In this document: piece by piece, positions 39,943-50,353 of the stretch
Position numbering within the stretch: the first letter of the stretch is position 1
How the letters are laid out: the number at the start of each line of letters is the position of its first letter
NCBI GenBank assembly: GCA_964016885.1
Contig: OZ024742.1
Coordinates: 86,242,001 to 86,306,000 of the forward strand
Reading direction: 5' to 3'
Source of the DNA: Eledone cirrhosa
Lineage: Eukaryota
DNA: 64,000 nt
Position numbers and translations under genes: made by a program
The notes under the pieces: model-generated
The model's input: the letters and a program-made list of their open reading frames with translations, nothing else
Database searches by the model: none
Told to the model about the DNA's origin: nothing

Positions 39943-40085
39943 TTTACGTCGTTAGCTCCATTCCCGCCGAGCATTGCTTTGCCTTTTTTCCTTGCGGGGT
40001 CGATCAATTTAGCAACAGTAACATACTGGGTCTGATTTAATTGACTTTCACATCCCCTTCAATTGCTGGCCTAAAGTAGAAACAA
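39943..40085 (+). mobile_element. SINE 3' half (box B onward), diverged
   Basis: TTCCCGCCGAG..CTTTGCCTTT..CCTTGCGGGGTCGAT...AATTGCTGGCCTAAAGTAGAAACAATTATT. Confidence 0.8.
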
Positions 40086-40239
40086 TTATTATATTTTTAT
40101 TAGTGTTATTTTTCTTGTTATCATTATATTCTGTAAGTGTTTATCTGTGATATGTTTGAAAGCATTTCAAATATTTGTTTTACAATCTATATCATGATAT
40201 TTAATTGTTATGTATACATTTACTCTCCAATATCACATG

Positions 40240-40373
<134 letters not shown>

Positions 40374-40786
40374 TTGTGTGAGTTTGTATTTGCTTGTGAG
40401 CGTGTGTATGTGTGTTACCATATATATTTTCAGTGCGTTCAGATATGTGGAACAATGAGATGAACCTGACCGTTGTAAGTCAATTTTTATGGAGATGAAA
40501 TTCTCTTGAACTAATTATATTTTAGATAAAACTAATTATCACTTACAGACGTTAGGTTATTCTGAGTTATATACTGTAACATAGTATTGTGTATTTTTTT
40601 ATTGATCACTGCTGATGTAATTATTTTTAGTATAGTGTAGTTTCATATATTTAGTTATGTGACATATGAGAATTGAAGCGTAATTATCTCTTCACCTCAA
40701 TGGCTTTTACGCATGAATTATTGCGAAATTCATATTTCATGTGTGAAAGATATACAAATGGGTTATTGGACATATATATATATATG

Positions 40787-43144
40787 ATCTTGTGGGGCTT
40801 TTTATTAACAATACTTTACATACGAAAATACCGGAGATGACCGGTGGTTTATATCGTGACGATATGCTATTACTTATTGAAAATAATAATAATTGTGAAA
40901 TAATAAGGAAAAGAAAAGAAATTATACAATTGTTTAATAGCGTTAATCTTAAAGTAGAAGTAGAGAATAACTATAAAATAGTTAATTTTTTAGATGTAAC
41001 TGTAAACCGTAATACTGGTCTTTATTATCCATTTCATAATATAAAGGAGAATTTAAACTATGTTAACTTTAATTCCAATCACCCCAGATCCGTTAAAAAC
41101 ACTATTGTAAATTCTGTGCAGCAACTTATTTCTAGAATTTCAGCGAATAAAAAAATAAAAATATATTTGAAGATAAGGCAAAATATTATAACGAAGCGTT
41201 AGGTAGAGCAGGCTATAGTAATGAAATTAAATACATTGACAAAAGGATGTGCCAATTAACCATAACTATAAATATAATTATAATAGAAAACCTTGCACTA
41301 ACTAGAAAATCAAAAGAAAAAATAGAACTAGAAATATATTATGGTTAGCTCCCCCTTTCTCATTAAGTATTAGAACTCCTATAGCTAAATTATTTTTTAA
41401 AGCTCTAGATCATTGCTTTCCTAAGACACACAGATATTACTCAATCTTTAATAGACATACTATTAAACTCTCATATTCCACCACTATGAATTTAGCGCAG
41501 AATATTAATAGAATTAATAATAGAAACTTAAAACCTAACCAGAATAGCATTAATACCCCTAGCAATATTCAATATAATGCTACGGCTCCCAATAATATAA
41601 ATTGAGATAAATGTAATTGTAGAAATAAATCTAACTGTCCTCTAAATAATAATTGTAATGTCAAAACAAATGAAAACTCCTTTAACTATGTCGGCTCTAC
41701 TTCCACATACTTCAAATCTCGTTTTAATAACCATAAATGTTCCTTTACGAATATTGGTAAAACATCTTCAACGTCTCTATCTAACTTATTATGGGACTTA
41801 AAATCCAAGAATATTACCTATTCTTTACTTTGGAATTTTTTTATATGACTGCTTGAAACTCCTTTAAGAAAAATTTTTCTTGAAAAACTTACGGAACGGT
41901 TTAGGAGAAAAACATTTTTGAAAGTGACTTTGAAAGATATAGAAAAACCATTATTTTCATAACTTCCAATATTTTTATATCTTCAAACTTTTTTAATATA
42001 TATATCCAAATGTTTATATATATGTGGAAAAACATATGATTTTTATATATAGGTTTTATATATATGTGGAATAACCTATGGTTAATGCTTTAAACATATT
42101 CTTAAGATAAATTTTTTTTAATTTTTTAACTTTATAACAAGTAAATTTATGACTTCGTATAAAATAACATATGGTTCATGTTTTAATTATATTCTTAAGA
42201 TAAAACAATTTTAACTTTATAACATTTAATCCTTGGATTCATCTGAGATCTTAAAAAAATACTCCTAACTTCATTTACACTTCCTTACTGTTTTTATAAT
42301 ATAATTAAGTGGTTATTCCTTTGTAAACTCTCGAGAATTGTTCATAAATTTAGAATTATTTGGATGTTTAAATGTTTACTTACAACTTTTAATAAAATAA
42401 ACTATATTACATTTTCTCTAATGTAAAGTACTATATATTTATTTAAATAATTTATAATCCTTAACATACACATTTAAATCAATATATTATTATGAATACA
42501 TCTTAATATAAATAATATAATTATTAATATTAAATTATTAAATTAAATTTTTTGTATTAAGGCAAATTTTAATCTTTAATTTTGATTTCTATTTTTTTAT
42601 TTTAATCTAATTTTTCAACCTATCATTATAAGTATTGTAATCCAAACGTAATGAACCCTGCATTATAAATATTATTCTTCCACGTTAATCTTATTTCTTC
42701 TTTCACTTAGATATACTTACGCTGTGTATATTTCTCCATTGAAACTTCTTTCTTCATTCACTTTATCTTCACTATCAATATGTATAATCGTTCTTTCTTT
42801 CCTCTTCTATATTTCTCCTTTCTTTTTTCTTTTTTCTCTCTCCCTTACATATCATCTTCTTCCAACAGTTTAATTTAAATAAACAGTTATCTTTTCAACC
42901 TTTCGGACATTCATTTGCATACTCACTCATAACTTTGGATTACCCTCAATAAATGTACTATCTCCACTATCCAGGAAGCTCCAACCGTTAAGGTTGCCTT
43001 TTTTCCGGGTATTTCAATATTTATTTATAAAATAAATCTGTATTTTATCTGATGAAAGCGGATCATAATTTGCCTTGGTTGCCCTTGAAATATGTATAAT
43101 AAAATAAATATGGTTTTATAAATATAGTTTCCATTTATTAATAT

Positions 43145-43148
<4 letters not shown>
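40787..43148 (+). mobile_element. Penelope-like element A, 5'-truncated, degenerate RT C-terminus plus GIY-YIG and long AT-rich 3' region/pLTR
   Basis: GGLYRDDML, VNFLDVTV, SNHP, CNCRNKSNCPL, YVGSTSTYFKSRFNNHKCSF; hammerhead near the 3' end; (TA)n on both sides. Assignment of 41850-42900 to the element is inferred. Confidence 0.8.
43041..43106 (+). ncRNA. Type I hammerhead ribozyme in Penelope A pLTR
   Basis: Stem I TATTTTAT/ATAAAATA (8 bp), CTGATGA, stem II AAGCGG..CCCTT, GAAA, quasi-palindromic stem III ATATGTAT, predicted cut AUA^ after 43098. Confidence 0.75.
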
Positions 43149-43202
<54 letters not shown>

Positions 43203-43206
<4 letters not shown>

Positions 43207-43722
43207 AAAGAATAGAGGTGTAACACACAAGTTATTATATATTGGTAAACGGAATAGAAAATGCTGACAAATTGTTCACAGTTGAAAAATGGTTTAATTA
43301 GGAATAAAAGAGTATTAGTGATTGTATGGGTTAGTATTCAGTTGTGGTTTTAAGTTTTTAAGTTTTTACCGGTTGCGCATTTCTAAATGCTTTTCAAAAA
43401 TAATTTTGAGATAGAGTGTCCGTGCTGTTTGCTCTGATCTGATTAGTTTTGGGAATTCTACCTGTTTTTATGTTTAAAAAATGGCTCCAGCTTTATTTTT
43501 GTGTTGCAAAAATGCTTGTGGTCAAAACAATTTTGATTGGTCGGTAGAGGTCATGTGAATGTAAAAAGTTGATTTTGCGCCAAGACTGTTTTTATGTTAA
43601 AATGTTAGAAAAGTGGCTCCAGCAAAAATTATTGGTCAAAACAATTTTGATTGGTCGGTAGAGGTCATGTGGATAAAAAATTCGTTTTGCGCCAAGATTG
43701 AGAAATGACTCTTTCACAACAA

Positions 43723-43762
<40 letters not shown>

Positions 43763-43834
43763 TAGTAGTAGTAGTAAGGTGTTCGAAGCTGCGACAATAG
43801 CCACCAGCGATGTGTGTCAAATGGCTATTAAGAT

Positions 43835-43888
<54 letters not shown>

Positions 43889-45611
43889 ACATACACACAG
43901 CAGAGTCATTCGAAGGTCAAAAGATATTTTTCAGCTTTTGTCTTATACGGAGAAGTGCGTGTGTGTGTGTATAAGTCTCTTTGTATGTTGATGTACGCGT
44001 GTGTATGTGTTTGTGTATATATGTGTGTGTGTGTGTGTGTGCGTGTGTGGGTGGACCAGTATTTTTTCCCCCTGGTAAAATGGTGTACATTATTCGATTT
44101 TTTCAGTAAAATCGGTTCTCTTAATAGAACATCAACAATCTTAACAATAAAAGGTGTGAAATGATATTCACTATATATATATATACACACACACACACAT
44201 ATATATTTTCACTACATATATATATATATATATACATATATACATACATATATATGCACATATTTTTTTTGTATTGCACCATAGAGCATGTGTGTTTACG
44301 TGTGTCATTGTGTTTATATGTGGGTAGAGATGTGTGCTGATGTAGGTATGTATGTTGACGTGTGTATGTTGTGGGTTCGTCTTAGGGAGAAGTGTTTAGA
44401 CGGGGTCCGTATTTGTTAATGAAGTAAGATTCCTTGCTGATGCGCTGGGTGTGGGTGGCATTATCTTTAAATTTGTAGAGGGGAAAGATTCTGAAGTTGG
44501 GATGATTTTGGGCGGCGCAGGTATCAATGTGTTCACTCAGTGGTATTTTCCTGTATTCCCGTATTTTAATTTGGGATCTATGGACAGTCATGCGTTGGCG
44601 GAGGCTGTTTTTGGTCTGGCCTATGTATTGTTCTCGACAACCTGAACAAGTTAATACATATATTAAATTTTCCGATGCACATGTGAAATTGTGTTTTACT
44701 ATAAAACGTTGTCCATCTTTGAAATAGAATTCCGAACCCTCTATTAGGTTGATGCAAATGCCACAGTTGGGTCTATCGCATTTTTTTACTGTGGGTTTCG
44801 TTGTTGTGGTTGGCAGTACTTTGGCATGTGTTAAGATGTTTTTCATTGACTTGGATTGTCTTTTGCTCTTTATGATATCGTGTGTTCGTAGAATTTGGTT
44901 CATTCTATGGTCCTTTTTCAATACAGGGATGTTCTGGAGGATGGTGTCAAAGGCCTCATTGTTGAGGGGGTTGTGTGTGGAGATGTATGGAAGAGCTTTT
45001 AGTTTTGGTTGATTTACTTTAGGGTGTCTAAGGTCCTGGGTACTGAGTTTTAGGGCACGTTGGATTCCATTGTCAATTAGTGATGCAGGGTAGTCCCTGC
45101 CTATGAGTGTGTCCTTTAGTTCTTGTAGCCGTAAGTAGCAGATGTTTTTATTGGAGACTATAGTACAGATTCTCTTGGCTAAGTTGTAGGGAATATTAAT
45201 TTTAACGTGTCTAGGGTGGCAAGAGTTGAAGGGGAGGTATTGCTTGGAGTCTGTGGGCTTGTAGTATATGTCTGTTTCTATTTTTTTGTTATGGATCTTA
45301 ATGAGGATGTCGAGGAAGGGGAGTTGTTGATGGCTGTATTCCATCGTGAAGTTAATATTTGTGTTGAGCCCATTTATAAGGGTGTGAAATTCTTTAAGTT
45401 TTTCGATGTTTTCGTGCCAAAGGATGAAGCAGTCATCTAGATATCGCTTCCAGTTCCTTTCAATGTGTAAGTGGAGGGTGTTTCCAAATTTGTTTAGGAC
45501 TTTAGTGTAGAGGGTGATTTCCAGGTATCCCATGACTAGGTTGGCATACGTAGGGGCATTTTTCAACTGTGAACAATTTGTAAGCATTTTCTATTCCGTT
45601 TACCAATATAT
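43203..45611 (-). mobile_element. Penelope-like element B (Neptune/Naiad-like), 5'-truncated with inverted pLTR piece at its 5' end
   Basis: ORF below; 45557-45611 is an inverted copy of ~43236-43290 lacking the terminal 33-nt tail; (TA)n flanks. Confidence 0.88.
44382..45560 (-). CDS. Penelope B RT C-terminal half, Cys-rich linker and GIY-YIG endonuclease (uninterrupted but 5'-truncated)
   Basis: APTYANL, WKRYLDDCF, LPFLDILI, IYYKPTD, CDRPNCGIC, NLIYVLTCSGCREQYIGQT..LRQR..H, ESYFI..Y.P.LN. Confidence 0.9.
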   Translation of the reverse strand, partial: NAPTYANLVMGYLEITLYTKVLNKFGNTLHLHIERNWKRYLDDCFILWHENIEKLKEFHTLINGLNTNINFTMEYSHQQLPFLDILIKIHNKKIETDIYYKPTDSKQYLPFNSCHPRHVKINIPYNLAKRICTIVSNKNICYLRLQELKDTLIGRDYPASLIDNGIQRALKLSTQDLRHPKVNQPKLKALPYISTHNPLNNEAFDTILQNIPVLKKDHRMNQILRTHDIIKSKRQSKSMKNILTHAKVLPTTTTKPTVKKCDRPNCGICINLIEGSEFYFKDGQRFIVKHNFTCASENLIYVLTCSGCREQYIGQTKNSLRQRMTVHRSQIKIREYRKIPLSEHIDTCAAQNHPNFRIFPLYKFKDNATHTQRISKESYFINKYGPRLNTSP

Positions 45612-45677
45612 ATATATATATATTTATGTATATATATGTATGTATATATATATATGTGTATGGATGGATATATGTCA

Positions 45678-46272
45678 GGTCAACAGTTGGTGCTACTGGT
45701 AACATCTATCCCTGTATAATCTGCTGTCCCATGGTCGGGTTATTGGCGACTAAACTGGCAACCCCACCAAGGTTTCTTGGCGAGGAGTGTGACTTTGGAA
45801 ATCCTGCAGGACTAAAAACAGAACCTGTCAATGGGCAAAGGTGCTCTTAAGTGTCAATGGCCATCCAAAATCACAGGGATAGATAACCCTTTAGCCTTAG
45901 CAAAGCAGAATTCTAGGAGAAGGAAAACTCTGATATAACACCTGCAACTTCCAATGATGTTCACTTGTTCTTCTTTTTGGTAAATCTCATCTTGGTTAAG
46001 AGAGTGGGACTGGCTTTGTGCAGTGCCTTTGCTCACTATAAAAGCTTCACAGCACAAGCATTGCTTTATATCTGGAGAGATCTCTGCACTTGTCATGACA
46101 TGGTACCATGGGCCCAGCACTATGTGTGCACAATTGTCACAACTGTAGTGTTTGTACCAGAGTTTTCAAGTCGCTGGTTGGACTAAAAAGTCACACTCGT
46201 TCAGCGCATCGGTGGGGGTTCTCCTACATGGATATAAAGTAGTGGCCGTACTCGAAAACGAGTTGGTAGCCA

Positions 46273-46274
<2 letters not shown>
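45678..46274 (+). mobile_element. Bipartite non-autonomous RTE-derived element, copy 1
   Basis: RTE-type 5'UTR motif TTCTAGGAGAAGGAAAACTCTGA joined to C2H2 remnant [19 protein letters not shown] and 3' hairpin CTCGAAAACGAG; three copies in the window. Confidence 0.8.
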
Positions 46275-46328
<54 letters not shown>

Positions 46329-46329
46329 A

Positions 46330-48048
46330 CTCCACCAAAACCTGTGAACAAAACCAAGTGATGTTAATCCCCAGCACACTATATCGGACATAATGTTTGG
46401 CGCCCCTGATGTCTTAGCGGCAATAAACGAAATTAAACCCAATGCAGCAGTAGGGTCCAACAGGTTCCCTGCGTGTGTCCTGAAGGTGTATCGACACTAA
46501 TTTGCATCTCCTCTTGCTAATCTGAGGAGGAACTCACTGGACCCTGGCTATATTCCTGAAACCTTTCTGACCCAGCCCAGTGTCCCATTTTTCACAAAGG
46601 GAAATAATTCCCATACAGTGAATATCCGTCCGATCTCACTCACCTCTCATATTATCAAGGTCTTTGAGAAGGTGGTGAGATCCTGCATAACCCACTTTCT
46701 TGAAATCAACGGCCTGCTGAACTCCAACCAACATGGGTTCCGTAATGAAAGGGACTGCCTAACGCAGCTCCTGCATCACTTTGACGATGTTTTAAGAGCC
46801 TTGGGAGAGGGCTCCAACACTGATGTCATCTACCTTTATTTCAGCAAGGCCTTCGATAGGGTTGATCATAAGATTCTACTGACAAAACTATCCAATGTTG
46901 GTGTTTCTGGAAGGTTACTACAGTGGATCAAATGTTTCCTGACAGGCAAAACGCAGCATGTTGTAGTCGAAGGTGTAAAATCAAGCCCTGCCAAAATCAG
47001 CAGTGGCGTCCCACGAGGCACTTTATTGGGTCCGCTTCTTGTCATCATCTACATTAATGACATTACTGATATCATCAAGCACAGCAACATCAGAATATTC
47101 GCAGATGATTCCAAGCTCCAAAGGTCATCAATGAGGTGGGTGACCGAACTTGCCTTCAGTAAGACCTACTGGCAGTTATCCAATGGGCAGAAATGAATAA
47201 TATGCTGTTGAATGAGGATACATTTGAATTAATCCACTTCGGAAAAAAGGATGCCCTGAAACTACCATACTCTCTTCCTTCGGGTTAAACTCTAGTGGCA
47301 TCCAATAACATCAGAAACCTGGGAGGAAATGTGGACAACAACATAAGCTGGGTCACTCATATAAACAGCAAAGTTGATATGGCCCGCAGAATGTGTTCCT
47401 GGATTCTCAGAACTTTCCAATCGAGAGTAATCCACACTGTTATCCTTCTCTTCTCCACTTTTGCCCGACCCCATCTTGAATACTGTTGTCCACTGTGGTC
47501 ACCCCACATGACACAATGTATCATGAAAGTTGAAGCACCCCAAATATCAATTACAAAAAAGATAGATGGTATGGCAGGCCTTGACAATTGGAGTCGATTA
47601 GAAATGCTCAAACTTTATTCTCTTCAACGTCGCCGTGAGCGCTACATTATCTGTTTAATGTGGAAAATACTCCATCAGTTTGCCCAAATGATGTTGGCAT
47701 CACCTTTAGTGTACACCCAACCCTTGGGCCCCGTGCTATCCGCACACGACAAAAATCTCACTCGCATCACATAACAACACAAGGGCACAATTATTTCACC
47801 TCAATTGGCCCTGCACACTTTAACATTACACCAAAACATATCAAAGCAGAGACAGATCCCATCAAGTTCAAGAAGTCTTTGGATAAATTCCTTCAAGAAA
47901 TCCCGGATAAGCCTCCTACACCCGGATATGCCTCCGTAAACAATAATTCTCTCCTCGAGTGAGCCAGCGTGCCCAAACACTGATTTGTAAGACTTCGCCA
48001 GGTGGTGTTATCAAGTCAGACATGGCCTGGGCCAATACTGGCTGAAAC

Positions 48049-48051
<3 letters not shown>
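46330..48051 (+). mobile_element. CR1-group LINE, 5'-truncated, degenerate RT
   Basis: RPISLTS, QHGFR, FSKAFDRVDH, SGVPRGTLLGPLL, FADDSKL, RPHLEYCCPLWSP, SLQRRRERY, FKKSLDKFL. Confidence 0.88.
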
Positions 48052-48076
<25 letters not shown>

Positions 48077-48083
<7 letters not shown>

Positions 48084-49194
48084 GACGTAAAATAAGAAAA
48101 TTTTAAAAATGAAAAATTAACTTACTTACTAAAATTTTCACTCCAACTAGTTAGTTTCTGTAATGGGATAAATATAGTTACGTAATGTAACTGTCGAGAA
48201 TTCATTACGTGATCGGGAGTCTATTCTCAGCTAAGTCTCCAGGCAATGCGCGGACACTAGGGACTCATATACAAATAATAATAATTCGGTGGATGGAACA
48301 ACTAGCGAGGACTGAATTCCAAAGCACTGAAAAAGTTCACTGCTTCTGGTCAAATGGCAGATTCTAAAGAATCAATCACGTGACACTGAGGCTAGTCGGA
48401 AGGAGTGGGGTAGTAAAATGACAAAGCCTACTACAACTACAATAAGTTAGTAGTGGATTTGGCAGGTTTGCTCAACAAATAAATAATTTGGAGATAAATA
48501 TAGAGTATTAGTATATTTACGAACATATGCGTACAGATGTACACTAATGCTAGCAAATACATACGTTATGTCATAGTACCTAGGTGGTTCAATGCAGGAG
48601 GATGCCGAATAATTATATGAAAGACGTAAAATGAGAAAATGTTAAAAATGAAAAATTAACTTACTTACTAAAATTTTCACTCCAACTAATTAGTTTCTGT
48701 TATGGGATAAAGATAGTTACGTATGTAACTGTCGAGAATTCATTACGTCATCAGGGAGTCTATTCTCAGCTAAGTCTCCAGGCAATGCGCGGACACTGGG
48801 GACTCATATAAAAATAATAATAATTCGGTGGATGGAACAGCTAGCGAGGACTGATTTCCAAAGCACAGAAAAAGTTCACTGCTTCTGGTCAAATAGCAGA
48901 TTCTAAAGAATCATTCACGTGACACTGAGGCTAGTCGGAAGGAGTGGGCTAGTAAAATGACAAAGCCTACTACCACTACAATAAGTTAGTAGTGGATTTG
49001 GCAGGTTTGCTCAACAAATAAATAATTTGGAGATAAATATAGAGAATTAGTATATTTACGAACATATGCGTACAGATCTTTCATATAATTGTTCTGCATC
49101 CTCCTGCATTGAACCACCTAGGTACTATGACATAACTTATGTATTTGCTCGCATTAGTGTACATCTGTACGCATATGTTCGTAAATATACTAAT

Positions 49195-49199
<5 letters not shown>
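48077..49199 (-). mobile_element. ORF-less hammerhead-bearing tandem element (539-bp unit x ~1.86, plus inverted 5' segment); retrozyme or Penelope pLTR multimer
   Basis: Units start at 48077 and 48616; 49077-49199 is the reverse complement of ~48501-48624; microsatellite flanks. Confidence 0.8.
48679..48759 (-). ncRNA. Type I hammerhead ribozyme, intact core (second copy at 48140-48220 has a damaged core)
   Basis: Minus strand: ACTCC-CTGATGA-CGTAATG...CATAACA-GAAA-CTAATTAG-TT^-GGAGT; stem III ACTAATTAGT is a perfect palindrome. Confidence 0.85.
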
Positions 49200-49249
<50 letters not shown>

Positions 49250-49284
49250 GTATTTATGTATGTATGTGTCTATATGCATGTATA

Positions 49285-49382
<98 letters not shown>

Positions 49383-49388
49383 TGTATG

Positions 49389-49447
<59 letters not shown>

Positions 49448-49456
49448 GTGTATATA

Positions 49457-49493
49457 TGATGGTATCCAATGATGTTGACCTGTTCTTCTTTTT

Positions 49494-49572
<79 letters not shown>

Positions 49573-49921
49573 GTATGTATGTGTGTGTGTGTATGTATGT
49601 ATGTATGTATGTATGTATGTATGTATGTATGTATGTATGTATGTTTGTATGATGGTATCCAATGATGTTGACTTGTTCTTAAATATAAAAGCTTCACGGC
49701 ACAGGCATTGCTTTATATCTGGAGATCTCTCTGCACTTGTCGTCACATGGTACCATGGGCCCATCACTATGTGTCAAACATTGCCACAAGTGTAGTGTTT
49801 GTACCAGAGTTTTCAAGTCGCTGGCTGGACTAAAAAGTCACACTCGTTCAGCCCATCGGTAGGTGTTCTCCTACATGGTAATAAAGTAGTGGCCGTACAC
49901 GAAAACGAATTGGCAGCCACC
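49457..49921 (+). mobile_element. Bipartite RTE-derived element, copy 2 (truncated, microsatellite-interrupted)
   Basis: Homologous to ~59791-60124. Confidence 0.8.
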
Positions 49922-49964
49922 ATGTATGTATATAGAAATAAATGTATACCTACAAGATATATAT

Positions 49965-50289
49965 ATTGTTTTGACCACAAGCATTTTTGCAACACAAAAA
50001 TAACGCTGGAGCCACTTTTTTAACATAAAAACAGGTAGAATTCCCAAAACTAATCAGATCAGAGCAAACAGCACGGACACTCTATCTCAAAATTATTTTT
50101 GAAAAGCATTTAGAAATGCGCAACCGGTAAAAACTTAAAAACTTAACACCACAACTGAATACTAACCCATACAATCACTAATACTCTTTTATTCCTAATT
50201 AAACCATTTTTCAACTGTGAACAATTTGTCAGCATTTTCTATTCCGTTTACCAATATATAATAACTTGTGTGTTACACCTCTATTCTTT

Positions 50290-50293
<4 letters not shown>
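49965..50293 (+). repeat. Solo 3' pLTR piece of the Penelope B family
   Basis: Near-identical reverse complement of 43203-43531 including the 33-nt tail; ends in (TA)n. Confidence 0.9.

Positions 50294-50349
<56 letters not shown>

Positions 50350-50353
<4 letters not shown>

Noticed and set aside
44382-45560. Selenoprotein-type (Naiad) recoding
   Set aside because: No in-frame TGA in the surviving ORF; all Cys motif positions are Cys codons.
43203-50293. 329-bp inverted repeats read as TIRs of a 7-kb DNA transposon
   Set aside because: They are Penelope pLTR copies; the enclosed pieces are independent retroelements and there is no transposase.
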